64,000 nucleotides of DNA from a virus. The stretch covers positions 20,439-84,438 of the IMG/VR virus record IMGVR_UViG_3300044631_000551; one strand, written 5' to 3'. Of the stretch, positions 11,701 to 20,391 are shown piece after piece. A program made the position numbers and the translations under genes. Each line of letters starts with the position of its first letter. The first letter of the stretch is position 1. The notes under the pieces were generated by a model. It searched no databases and was not told the origin of the DNA. It saw only the letters and a list, made by a program, of their open reading frames with translations.

Positions 11701-14700
11701 AGTTGCAAACTTAGTATCAATCGTTGTAGAAGTATACAACGCAGTCGCTGTTAAAAAATTAGTGGCAAATGCTGAATCGGTGTACTTAGCAGTTCTATAA
11801 TTTGTATCAGACAAATATTCAGTTGTAGTGTTTGTAGATTTTGAAGTACCTGTTTCCGTTGAAACTGCAGTTGAATATGCTGTACCAAGCGCAGTTTGCT
11901 TAAATGTATCTGTCGACTTAGAAGTATCTTTATTAGTTGCATAAGAAGTTGCAACTGTTGTCAATACTTCGCCAGTTGTAAAATATGTCTGAACATCTGT
12001 TGGACGCGACGTCGCAACCTTAGTAATGATATCAGTTTGTTTATTTGTCAGCGTAGTTACATCTGTGTCTAAAGTCGTGTCTTTGAACTTGGTATTGTAA
12101 AAAGTTGCAAACTCAGTTTGGAACGAAGTATCATAAATCGTGTTGATAGTAGTCAACAGATTTGTCATAAATGTCGTGCCAGTAAACTTCTGCGTGTCGA
12201 CTGTGGTATCTTTTGAAGTAGCATACGCAGTTGTAGTCGCAATCTTTGTTGCGTACGCTGTTAAGAATACAGTTGTTGTTACGCCAGCAGTTCGAGTGGC
12301 TCTGGTCGTCGCATATGCAGTTTGAACTATTGTACCAGCACCACTGTCTGTAGAGATCTTAGTATCAAACGTGGTGGTCGTATTTGTAAAGTAGCTGGTA
12401 ACAGTAGCAGTTACTGGTAGAGTATCAATTGTTATGGCTGTATCTACTAACGTATTTGTGTCATACGTTGTTGTTGTGGACACACTAGTATCAAATTTTG
12501 TAGTACGAGTTGTATCAATCGTAGTATCAGTATTGTAATTGGTAGTGGTATTAATTGTTGTATTGACTAGAGTTCCGCCACTGGTATTAAAAATTGTATC
12601 GTATGTGGTAGAATAACTTGAGTTGATAGCTGTGCTTCTAGACGTGGCAAAAGCAGAAGTTTCTGATACTGTAACTTCTTTTGAACAAGAGTAAGACCAG
12701 ACTCCAGGAGGAGCGTCATTAAGGAAAATACAATCATCAAATGTAAATCCTTTCGCAGCAGCATCCGCTATCGCAGCATTTTGATTGACAAATCCAGTTT
12801 CACTAGCGGAAGTTGTAAATGTTGTATCTGCAGTTATACTTGTATCAAACACAGTTGTTGTGAAGAAGTTAGTTACAACAGATGTTTGGAAGTTAGTAGC
12901 AGCAACACCGCTTAGAGTACCGTAGCTGGTAGCAGTTGTTTTAGATGTGCCAGTCGCATACGCAGTAGCAAATTTAGTGCTTCTACTAGTATCATATACT
13001 GTAGCTGTACTCTTAGTCGTAGCTGTATCTCTAGCTTCTTGGCCAGCATACGTTGTGCTTGTATAAACAATTGTTCCTACAGCAGTATTAATTGCAGTGG
13101 CAGTAGTAATTAACGTGCTAAATGCAGTTGTTGTAGAGGTCGAAATTGCTGTTTCGAATGTGGTATCGATAGCAGTTTCGCGCTTTGTCAAGAACGAAGT
13201 TCCATATGCAGATGTGGTTAGATACTCCGTCGCAATTGTAGTCGCGCCAGCAGTTTCTGTAAATCTGCTTGTTGTAACACCAGTAGAAGTCGTAAGTGTT
13301 GTAGAAGTAGAAGTTAGATACTGAGTTTCTAGATAATCAATTAGAGCTTCTAGGGTGGTTCCACGAGAAACAGGAACAGATTGAATTACAGTTCTACCAA
13401 ATCTTTCCATACCAGCTGGATGCCACAAATCACGAAGAATGCTAGAATACTTGTTAAACGCAGTAACAGCTTGAACTTCGTATGAATATTCTTGGTAATA
13501 ATAATTGTCGTGAATATACTTGTCAGAGTTTAAGAAACCGCGAGTAGATTTAAAGAATCCTTCGCCCTTACCCTGACCAAGATAATCAATTGTACCTGTT
13601 GCAACATGCGAAGCATTCGTTACACTTGTTAGCGAAACAGTCGTATTGTTAGTGTAGCCAACACCAGAATTATAGATGGATACAGTAGAAACAGCACCAG
13701 GACCACTACCAGAAACGCCAGCAATATTTGCATTGAAACCGAGGAATCCGCCAGCTCCATCAGACAGACGAAGCGGATAAATTAAATTATCGACGATTGC
13801 TACGTTTACGTTTGCTTGATAACCACCACCAGGATTAATATTTGTTAATGTAGCAATTGTACCATAAGTGTAGGTGTTTAATGTAAAAATACCATTAAAC
13901 GCAGTCAAATATGTTGCAGATGTATTTGATGAAAATGCAGTATAAGCTGGGGCTGCAGCATTAATTTGAATACTAAGCGCGTTAGTAATTGGCGTAGAAG
14001 TCAAGTCAATTGTGCTTGTATTGCTTAATGATCCAACATCAAAAGACGCAACGCTGGTTGGCGTTTCGCCTAGTGATGGTGTAACTGTTTCAGAAGCAGT
14101 TAATGTAAAACCTGTACCACCATTTCTAATGTCAAAAGTTACAACACCTTGTAGTCTTTGCAGACCAGTTACAATGGCTTGACCATTTACACCATCACCG
14201 CCAACAACGTTGACGAGTTCACCAAGAGAAAAACCAGGAGAGCTACCGAGAACTTGAATGCTAGAAAGTGATCCGTAAACTTTTGGACTATCTGTAACTT
14301 CGATGCCCAAGTCGTCTATTACATCTAAATTGATAATTTCTTCATCTGCCGCAAATGTTCCGACAATGTCAGTAATATACAAAATATCGTGGCGCTGATT
14401 ACCAGTTACAAATACTTTATAATCATCTACGAAAGCTGTCGCCCCAGAAATGCGACCAGTAATCGTTTTACCGATATATGATGCAATGTTTGCATTATAT
14501 TCTAGCTCCAAGTATCTTGGAACAAGCCATTGTGAATCAGATGCACGGATTACGTCTGTTCCAGGAGAATAGACGTTAATGTCTTCGTTGAATAAAACGC
14601 GGAATAATAATTCTAAACCACGTTCTGTGCCTTTAGAAGAGTATAATTCTTTGATGTGTTTTTGTAGAAGACGTTTATCTGCAGCAACATCAAGCGGAAT

Positions 14701-14925
14701 ACCATGCATGTATTTTTTACGAAAATAATCTACGAACTCATCAAGAGTAGTATCAATATCGCGCCAAGTTGGTAGTCGACGAGCGTCGTAGATTACTTGA
14801 TTAGTTTGTTCTAACCACTCAAAATATGCTCTAACAAATGCAACGAAAGTTGGTCCTTCTTCTCGGTAGATAGAAGGAAACTGACTTTCAATGAGTGGAG
14901 AAATTAACTTCTCAAGGTCTTTCAT
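8755..14925 (-). CDS. gp7: baseplate wedge gp7-like protein with ~1500-aa Thr-rich self-complementary extension
   Basis: N-terminal ~530 aa has FVRAYFEWLE, KELYSSKGTE..LFRVLF and HDNYYYQEYSYEV..HPAGM motifs; lies between gp6 and gp8; remainder is T-x-(F/Y/K)-x repeats. Confidence 0.75.
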   Translation of the reverse strand: MKDLEKLISPLIESQFPSIYREEGPTFVAFVRAYFEWLEQTNQVIYDARRLPTWRDIDTTLDEFVDYFRKKYMHGIPLDVAADKRLLQKHIKELYSSKGTERGLELLFRVLFNEDINVYSPGTDVIRASDSQWLVPRYLELEYNANIASYIGKTITGRISGATAFVDDYKVFVTGNQRHDILYITDIVGTFAADEEIINLDVIDDLGIEVTDSPKVYGSLSSIQVLGSSPGFSLGELVNVVGGDGVNGQAIVTGLQRLQGVVTFDIRNGGTGFTLTASETVTPSLGETPTSVASFDVGSLSNTSTIDLTSTPITNALSIQINAAAPAYTAFSSNTSATYLTAFNGIFTLNTYTYGTIATLTNINPGGGYQANVNVAIVDNLIYPLRLSDGAGGFLGFNANIAGVSGSGPGAVSTVSIYNSGVGYTNNTTVSLTSVTNASHVATGTIDYLGQGKGEGFFKSTRGFLNSDKYIHDNYYYQEYSYEVQAVTAFNKYSSILRDLWHPAGMERFGRTVIQSVPVSRGTTLEALIDYLETQYLTSTSTTLTTSTGVTTSRFTETAGATTIATEYLTTSAYGTSFLTKRETAIDTTFETAISTSTTTAFSTLITTATAINTAVGTIVYTSTTYAGQEARDTATTKSTATVYDTSRSTKFATAYATGTSKTTATSYGTLSGVAATNFQTSVVTNFFTTTVFDTSITADTTFTTSASETGFVNQNAAIADAAAKGFTFDDCIFLNDAPPGVWSYSCSKEVTVSETSAFATSRSTAINSSYSTTYDTIFNTSGGTLVNTTINTTTNYNTDTTIDTTRTTKFDTSVSTTTTYDTNTLVDTAITIDTLPVTATVTSYFTNTTTTFDTKISTDSGAGTIVQTAYATTRATRTAGVTTTVFLTAYATKIATTTAYATSKDTTVDTQKFTGTTFMTNLLTTINTIYDTSFQTEFATFYNTKFKDTTLDTDVTTLTNKQTDIITKVATSRPTDVQTYFTTGEVLTTVATSYATNKDTSKSTDTFKQTALGTAYSTAVSTETGTSKSTNTTTEYLSDTNYRTAKYTDSAFATNFLTATALYTSTTIDTKFATQTSKSTAYGTGKTTTTAYDTTTTFATATNKSTSSVFDTITAYATSTNKSTTSTFNTTTAYVTATSKSTTSVFNTQTIFDTAIATTTVFNTDTTIATATLVYTDTNRSTKRLTNSVYDTSTAYATTTSYTTKYDTAFDTFFSTNTSKITERDTSTSKETSASTATSKLTTTGSGAFTSTTYNTTFDTAYQTVFSTQTSALTATSKSTDTTGATSKATATSKSTTTLFNTTTVYGTTIETNTTGSTTKSTSTSAQTSKATETTKETSKSTDTTISTAFNTTTTYLTQIGTNRFTSTSRSTTTTFNTAYATTTAYDTTTTFLTVFNTTTTFNTTTTFDTTFNTTGSTSKLTSKTTGTSKSTSTLYDTAYATTTVFNTTTAYLTLFNTTTAFNTTTTFNTTFNTSAATSATTSKATSTSKSTTTIYVTAYDTTFIDAETKEEVTIETGRSTSKSTTTVFNTTTAFVTAYNTTFDTTNSTSKSTATSNLTGTSASTSKSTSTSKSTDTTIGTSRSTTTLFDTTTTYVTTYDTTFDTVVSTSKATSTSKATETAASTSKSTGTSKSTDTTVSTSKATTSVFDTSTAFETAYDTNKATATSRTTAYATTTGFATIYATLTTYATVFDTTTAFNTVFATASTFDTSALTGTSKSTSSVFDTTTAFNTTFATSTIFDTVTLFQTNTARDTAISTTGSTSKSTSTSALTSTVFNTLTSYVTVYNTQSLFDTVFLTTTSKGTTFETTKGTSKSTDTTINTATIVQTDSTFSTVYETISIYDTATAYSTSTSKSTDTKIATNIATATSKSTSTVFNTDTAIDTATTKSTSTVFDTDTTKISATVASTSTVFNTDTTKSTATSKSTSSVYDTTITTAYNTDTSKSTTYATQTKSLTTIVTTYDTALNTTISTNKETSTTKNTTFDTKFYTDTLFNLTGTVLNATQYTTAISTKFNTQKSTSTAINTSSATAYVTVVDTDTVFDTVIDTVLNTNP

Positions 14926-16718
14926 TAGATGCGAATTCCAGTTACAACGACAGAAATATCTTCGTTATCAATTAGTAATATTTTATTTGTTAGCGTATCA
15001 ATATCAGCATTTTCAGTTCTTGCGTATATTTTAATACTGTCAGTATCATAAGAATCAACAATTAAATTTGTAATTTTAATTTCGCCTGTTTCATAATTTA
15101 CTGTACCGACATTATTATTTAGAACTGTAGTATTACCATTATTTATGGTGTAAATATAAAGAGTTCCAACACCATTGTCATTAATATAAGCAGTATATTT
15201 GTCATAAACAAATGCGGTTGAAGATACGATTGGTTCATGGCCAACTGGTAAAACATATCTTATATCTTCATCATGTAATCGATTTTCAAAACTCCAGTTA
15301 GAAGAAAAGCTAACAAGAGGAGTAGGAGTTATGCGCTTAGAAATACGAACTTGTGTATCGTTTGAAATGATTGATACATCAGCAGCATCAATAGCAGCAG
15401 ACAGTTTAGAGAACCTTAAATCAGAGCCAAAGTCTGATAGATAACTTGTATTAAAAGATGTGATGGCAGTAATAACATTTGACACCAATTGAGATGGTGT
15501 TTTTGTTGTGGCGCTTATGTTGTACTTGACGCGAGAAATAATATCAAGATACAAATACTCAGGATCAACTATTAATGGTTCAATCGATACTGGTGTCTTA
15601 TCTTCTAAGAAAGTCAAGATGCTTTGTTTTATGCTAGAAGAAAGCATTTCTCCGCCAACTGGTTTAGCAGAGATAATAACTTTTCCATATAATTTTGGAA
15701 CTGACTCTTCGCCACCGTAGGCGATTACAGTTTCAATCGAAGGGTAGTTTGCCTTGATTAAAGAAATAAAGTCTTCAGCAGTAACAGCTCTGTTCTGCGC
15801 TGTAAATCCGCGAATCGCATTATAACGAATTGATTCAGCATCTTCCGCTTGCGAGCCACCAGCTGAAGTTTCGGTAGTAGATAACAAAAATGTATTTGAA
15901 GAAAAACCATCAGCAGAACTGATAGAAGTAAACGTACCGCATCCGTTACCATCTTCGCCTGCAGTTTGTCTGTATGTAACTAAAACAATATTACCTGCTG
16001 TCAATTTCTTACTGGAAACACCGTTACCAAACGAAACAGCATACTTAAATTCGTCAGCACCCTGAACAAAAAATACTGTGCTATTTGCATTCAAACCAAA
16101 CAAGTCAGTGGCTTTGCTCCACGCCACTGCTGTGGTATTTGTTGATGAGTTTCTTATTTCAACAGTAATAGAAGAAGTATCTAATGTATTAGAAGACAAA
16201 GTAAATGTTTGGTTGTTCGCAGAGTTCGCAACAAATGCTTCTGTTTTAATGCTGCCTTCGTGGAAAGAAACATTAGAAACGGTGTAGTTGTTTGAGCGAT
16301 ACAAAACAATAGTTTCGTCTGTTGAAAATGTGTATGTTTCATTAGCATCATTAGTACCTCTGATGCTGTAATACTGTGGCAGAGTAATTGTGTCTGGAGT
16401 ATTTGCTGGCTGCGCAGTAACAGTGACATCAATTGTTGAAGCTGCGCGCGATCTTGGCGTATAGTTTAATTCTTTAGCGTGAGATACAATTGAGTCGCGA
16501 AGTTGCGCGGTATCCAAAAACATCTCACTGCCAATCATGTTGAGATACATGGCGTTGTGATAGGTATTGTATGCTAATAAGTCCAACAGAACTGATAAGT
16601 TAGAACCTTCAAAATCATAGTCCCTAAACTCAGTTTGCTGACTTAAATATGTCTTTAGACTTTCTTTGTATGCAGCAAAGTCTAATTCAGTGGTGGTGAG
16701 AAATCCTTGATTCGACAT
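14925..16718 (-). CDS. gp6: baseplate wedge subunit gp6
   Basis: ELDF..K.SLK.YL..Q.EFRDYDFEGSNLSVLLDLLAYNT, AQNRAVTAEDF motifs. Confidence 0.92.
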   Translation of the reverse strand: MSNQGFLTTTELDFAAYKESLKTYLSQQTEFRDYDFEGSNLSVLLDLLAYNTYHNAMYLNMIGSEMFLDTAQLRDSIVSHAKELNYTPRSRAASTIDVTVTAQPANTPDTITLPQYYSIRGTNDANETYTFSTDETIVLYRSNNYTVSNVSFHEGSIKTEAFVANSANNQTFTLSSNTLDTSSITVEIRNSSTNTTAVAWSKATDLFGLNANSTVFFVQGADEFKYAVSFGNGVSSKKLTAGNIVLVTYRQTAGEDGNGCGTFTSISSADGFSSNTFLLSTTETSAGGSQAEDAESIRYNAIRGFTAQNRAVTAEDFISLIKANYPSIETVIAYGGEESVPKLYGKVIISAKPVGGEMLSSSIKQSILTFLEDKTPVSIEPLIVDPEYLYLDIISRVKYNISATTKTPSQLVSNVITAITSFNTSYLSDFGSDLRFSKLSAAIDAADVSIISNDTQVRISKRITPTPLVSFSSNWSFENRLHDEDIRYVLPVGHEPIVSSTAFVYDKYTAYINDNGVGTLYIYTINNGNTTVLNNNVGTVNYETGEIKITNLIVDSYDTDSIKIYARTENADIDTLTNKILLIDNEDISVVVTGIRI

Positions 16719-16719
16719 T

Positions 16720-17133
16720 TTATCTTATCCTGTTTAGAAGGAACTCTACAGTTCCTACTTGTTCGTTTCTTATTAGTGAGAAAGCAATGCTCACAAAATA
16801 CGTGTTTCTGTCATAATCTGGCGTAACATCAACTGTATCAATATTGATTCTTGGTTCGTACTGTTTAAGCGTCTGAATAATTGTTTCGCGCAAAGCAATT
16901 GTGGTTAGTGGCGTCATTTGCTCAAACAACAACTCGCTAACACCAGCGCCAAGATTTGGATCTAATAACCTTTCATATTTATCAGTCATAATTAGATTCT
17001 TTACAGATCTCTTTGCTGCGTCTAGATCTGTGAGCCTAACAACATCATTTGTAATGACGTTTCTGCTAAACGATGCGCTAAAATCGCTATACGTCGGTGG
17101 CGCTTTGATTGGATTTTCTTTACGGAAAGCCAT
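16720..17133 (-). CDS. gp25: baseplate wedge subunit gp25
   Basis: YSDF..SF, SVKNLIMT..ER..P.LG..LLFE, YEPRI motifs. Confidence 0.9.
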   Translation of the reverse strand: MAFRKENPIKAPPTYSDFSASFSRNVITNDVVRLTDLDAAKRSVKNLIMTDKYERLLDPNLGAGVSELLFEQMTPLTTIALRETIIQTLKQYEPRINIDTVDVTPDYDRNTYFVSIAFSLIRNEQVGTVEFLLNRIR

Positions 17134-17348
17134 TATTCGCCACCATTTCCGCCGTCACCACCATCACCATTACCACCGTCATTACCTTCTGCTGAACCAT
17201 CTGGACCATCGCCCTCAGTTCCTCTTCCAGGAAACGCTTTGGCTAACTTACCATTAATCATGCGAATTGGTTTTTTGGTGACTTTGATTCTCTTCCCTTC
17301 AAATCCAGGAACTGTAAATTCAACCATAAAGTCTTTAAGAGTTTTCAT
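17133..17348 (-). CDS. small hypothetical protein with Gly/Asp-rich tail
   Basis: GGAG RBS, upstream CTAAATA late-like promoter, stop overlaps gp25 start. Confidence 0.6.
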   Translation of the reverse strand: MKTLKDFMVEFTVPGFEGKRIKVTKKPIRMINGKLAKAFPGRGTEGDGPDGSAEGNDGGNGDGGDGGNGGE

Positions 17349-17384
17349 GTAAATTCTCCGCTGTTATAGTGTATTTAGTAGCGT

Positions 17385-18560
17385 TTAAGAACCGAGTTTG
17401 TATTCTTTTTTCTTTGGATCGCCAAGTTTTTGCGCGTCGGAAGCATTCGCAGCGCCACCGCCACCAACAGCAAGATTGTGATTATCGCCACGAGAATCTT
17501 TACCAGTAGCTTTAAGGTTTGTACTACCTTTTACGTTTAGAGCAGTTCCAACTTCAACAGAAGAACCATCAAGAATTGTTTGACTTCCTGATTTTAAGTT
17601 TGTTGCTTTAGAAGCAGTTTGGTTTATACTAGCTCCACTATTGAGATTAATATCGCCTTTAACATCAACATTAAATTTGCCACCGACTTTCCAGTTTACA
17701 TCACCGACTGTGTCAATATTCGTATTACCGTTTGTAGAAATATTGGTGTCGCCAATCACTGTAATGTTTATGTTTCCGCCAACGAATAGTTCGTTGTTGG
17801 CATAGGTAATAATCTGTATGCCATTTTGTCCACGGATTACAATGGACTTGTCTTGGTGAATGGTAATGAACGCGCCATTCTTATGTTGAATGTTAATTCG
17901 CTCTACACCCTCAGTATCATCCATCTCAATAAAATGACCAGTGTTAGATTTTACCAGAATATTCTTACCGTATTCTGCGGCGAACTGGCTTGCTTTTTCT
18001 GTAATGGTGGCACCGCCAGCAGTCTCGACAGATAACTTTGTTTTATCTTTCCAGTCAGAAAGAGGAGTCTTTCTATCAATCGGACGTTCTTCTGCTAAGA
18101 ATGTGTCTGGGAAACTAATTTGCTCGTTTCCAAGCATATCCAGCTTTGGAACCTTTCTGGCATATTTTTTAATTAGAGCTTCGTTTACTGGTATATCATC
18201 AGGAAACTTCGCAAGTTTTGATATATTAGTAAAATCTATTTTGTTCTTGATAATACTATCAATGTCGTCCAAATATGTTTGTAAATTAGAAACCGAATCT
18301 AATGCTCCGCCAAAAGAACCACCGAGATCAGAACTTAATGTTTCCAACGCGCTATTGATGTCTGAGAATTGACTAATAGTTCCTACGATTGCAATGTTTT
18401 CTGGCTTGATACCATTTTTTACTAGTTGATCAAACTCTGTTTTTGCTTTCGCTAAAACTTGTTCTTTAGATTCTGTTGCGCTGATGTTTAAATCTAACGC
18501 GACAGTAGTATCTGCGTCAAATTTAACTAGGTCTTTTGCGCTCTTAATTACGTTAGCCAT
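17385..18560 (-). CDS. gp5 C-terminal part: central spike beta-helix (no OB-fold)
   Basis: GHFIEMDDTEGVERINIQHKNG followed by 8-residue VxGNxxxx repeats typical of the gp5 triple beta-helix. Confidence 0.85.
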   Translation of the reverse strand: MANVIKSAKDLVKFDADTTVALDLNISATESKEQVLAKAKTEFDQLVKNGIKPENIAIVGTISQFSDINSALETLSSDLGGSFGGALDSVSNLQTYLDDIDSIIKNKIDFTNISKLAKFPDDIPVNEALIKKYARKVPKLDMLGNEQISFPDTFLAEERPIDRKTPLSDWKDKTKLSVETAGGATITEKASQFAAEYGKNILVKSNTGHFIEMDDTEGVERINIQHKNGAFITIHQDKSIVIRGQNGIQIITYANNELFVGGNINITVIGDTNISTNGNTNIDTVGDVNWKVGGKFNVDVKGDINLNSGASINQTASKATNLKSGSQTILDGSSVEVGTALNVKGSTNLKATGKDSRGDNHNLAVGGGGAANASDAQKLGDPKKKEYKLGS

Positions 18561-19507
18561 TAGCTTGTACTTCCTCCTGTTGATACAGCAACACCCGTGG
18601 TATCATAAGTTTCTGGTCGTTTACCAGGAGGTCTAGTTATACTTAACAAATCGCTGACATATTTTTTAGTCAGTGTGACTTTATCTGATTGGTTGCCTCC
18701 TAAAATAACAACACGATTTCCTGGAAATCCTATTTGAGCTACAAACGCGACATGGCCAAAACCACTGGAAATTGGTCCTCGCTTGAATACTGCGATATCA
18801 CCAACTTGAATATTGGCTTCATCTAGTTTACTTTCTTTTGTTCCTTTTTCCCAAACAGTTGTTCCATAACCATTTTTGCTGTGAGTGTTATATTTCGGAG
18901 AAGCATATGCTCTAGAACTATTAACTGCTGATGGATATGAGTACCCTTGAGAAGAAAGTATAGAACCCACAAATGCTCCACACCACGGAGTTACAGAAGG
19001 ATCTATTCCGCTATTTACTCTTGTCTTAAACAGATTCATTAAACAAGCCTTATCAGTTCTTTCTTGATATCCTAACCATGCTGCAGCAGAATTAACAAGT
19101 CCTTGTTTTGGTTGTGGGCACGAGCCGTCGGTTGGTCTGTTGGCAGCAGGAGAATTAACACCAGAAAGATTTTCAACAGAACCTTCTAGTCTGTTTACTG
19201 CGCCTGTTGCAGCATAGGAAGCCGAAGAAACACCACCATTAATAACACCAAGAATAAATGGTTGTTGTAATAATTCTCCATCCATAAAGAAACCAAGAAC
19301 CATCTGTCCTGCGTTTATCTTAGCAGAGCCACCATTCAACACAGGAGCCAGTGGTAGATTCTCAGTCGGCAATACTTCTGACGAAGGATGAAATCCGATA
19401 GCTCGAACGCGAACGCGCCCAAGTTGAGTTGGGTCTGAAAAAGTATCTTCGGCAACTCCGACAAACCAGATAAACTTTCCGTATGGTGTATTTTTTAAGT
19501 CTCTCAT
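18560..19507 (-). CDS. gp5 N-terminal OB-fold fused to CHAP/NlpC-P60 (TIGR02594-like) peptidoglycan peptidase
   Basis: WFVGVAED..DP.QLGRVRVRAIGFH..GFFMDG..QQPFILG; TPWCGAFV, GDIAVF.RG, GHVAFV, LGGNQSDKV. Confidence 0.85.
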   Translation of the reverse strand: MRDLKNTPYGKFIWFVGVAEDTFSDPTQLGRVRVRAIGFHPSSEVLPTENLPLAPVLNGGSAKINAGQMVLGFFMDGELLQQPFILGVINGGVSSASYAATGAVNRLEGSVENLSGVNSPAANRPTDGSCPQPKQGLVNSAAAWLGYQERTDKACLMNLFKTRVNSGIDPSVTPWCGAFVGSILSSQGYSYPSAVNSSRAYASPKYNTHSKNGYGTTVWEKGTKESKLDEANIQVGDIAVFKRGPISSGFGHVAFVAQIGFPGNRVVILGGNQSDKVTLTKKYVSDLLSITRPPGKRPETYDTTGVAVSTGGSTS

Positions 19508-20391
19508 ATTCTAGTTGGTATCTTATCTTTTGAAACAAATGATGGAACTGGATATAATACGTTTTTTCTGTAATTACCGTTTTTGTTAAAACCAAAATCA
19601 TTACTTATGCTACTTCTACGCACTGCATTTACTAAATCTTGTGCTCGTCCACCTCTAAAATCTGTTCGACCTTCGACATGTGCAGCAGCAGAATTCTGTT
19701 TGATTGAATCTGTTAGAGCGTTAGCGACAGCAACCAAATATGACTTATCAAGCTGACCACCTTTTGCTGTATTGACAGCAATCAAAGCTGTATCTATATC
19801 TTTAATCGCTTTCCATGCTGACGGATTAGCAAAGGTAGGCTCATATTGACCAGGAGATGTAATGATTCCCTTAACAGTTTTTTGTTGATATGCGCCAGAG
19901 CCAACTCTGTTGTAAATACTTTGAGCTACGTCCGCGCAACCTTGAAAATCATTACCAAACGCTTCGCGCGAACAAATAGCAACTAAAGACCAGAATTCTT
20001 CGTCTGGTGCTCCATCAGTAAATAATTCTTCGATGGCAGATTTTGTAGCTTCTAATATACTCTTTACAGAGCCACCTACTTTTCTCAAAGAGTCAAATAT
20101 ACCACTACCGCTTGTTGCGCCATTAATAGTTCCTAGCACAAATGGTTGTTGTATCAAACTTCCGTCCATAAAGAAACCTAGCACCATTTGACCTTTTTTA
20201 ATAGGCTGGATTCCTCCATCTAATACAGGCGCAAGCGGTAAATCTTTGGCGCGAAGTTCTTTCGAAGAAGGATGATAACCAAACGCGCGAACACGAACTC
20301 TTCCTAGTTGCAAAGGATCGTCAAAAGTATTCTCTACTACACCAATAAACCAGTAGAATTCATCATAAGGTGTATTTGTCAAATCTCTCAT
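19504..20391 (-). CDS. gp5 N-terminal OB-fold fused to SleB/Hydrolase_2 cell-wall hydrolase
   Basis: WFIGVVEN..DDPLQLGRVRVRAFGYH; REA..Q..ADVAQSIYNRV..Y..TVKGIITSPGQYEP. Confidence 0.8.
   Translation of the reverse strand: MRDLTNTPYDEFYWFIGVVENTFDDPLQLGRVRVRAFGYHPSSKELRAKDLPLAPVLDGGIQPIKKGQMVLGFFMDGSLIQQPFVLGTINGATSGSGIFDSLRKVGGSVKSILEATKSAIEELFTDGAPDEEFWSLVAICSREAFGNDFQGCADVAQSIYNRVGSGAYQQKTVKGIITSPGQYEPTFANPSAWKAIKDIDTALIAVNTAKGGQLDKSYLVAVANALTDSIKQNSAAAHVEGRTDFRGGRAQDLVNAVRRSSISNDFGFNKNGNYRKNVLYPVPSFVSKDKIPTRI

Noticed and set aside
8755-13320. Possible CRISPR array, DNA inverted repeat or diversity-generating retroelement in the repetitive region
   Set aside because: Repeats are degenerate at synonymous positions and keep one reading frame; no fixed repeat-spacer pattern and no reverse transcriptase in the window
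9155-13324. Val-rich plus-strand ORFs (VVVVLN..., e.g. 10514-10945)
   Set aside because: Antisense shadows of Thr (ACN) codon runs in the gp7 extension; no RBS or independent signal
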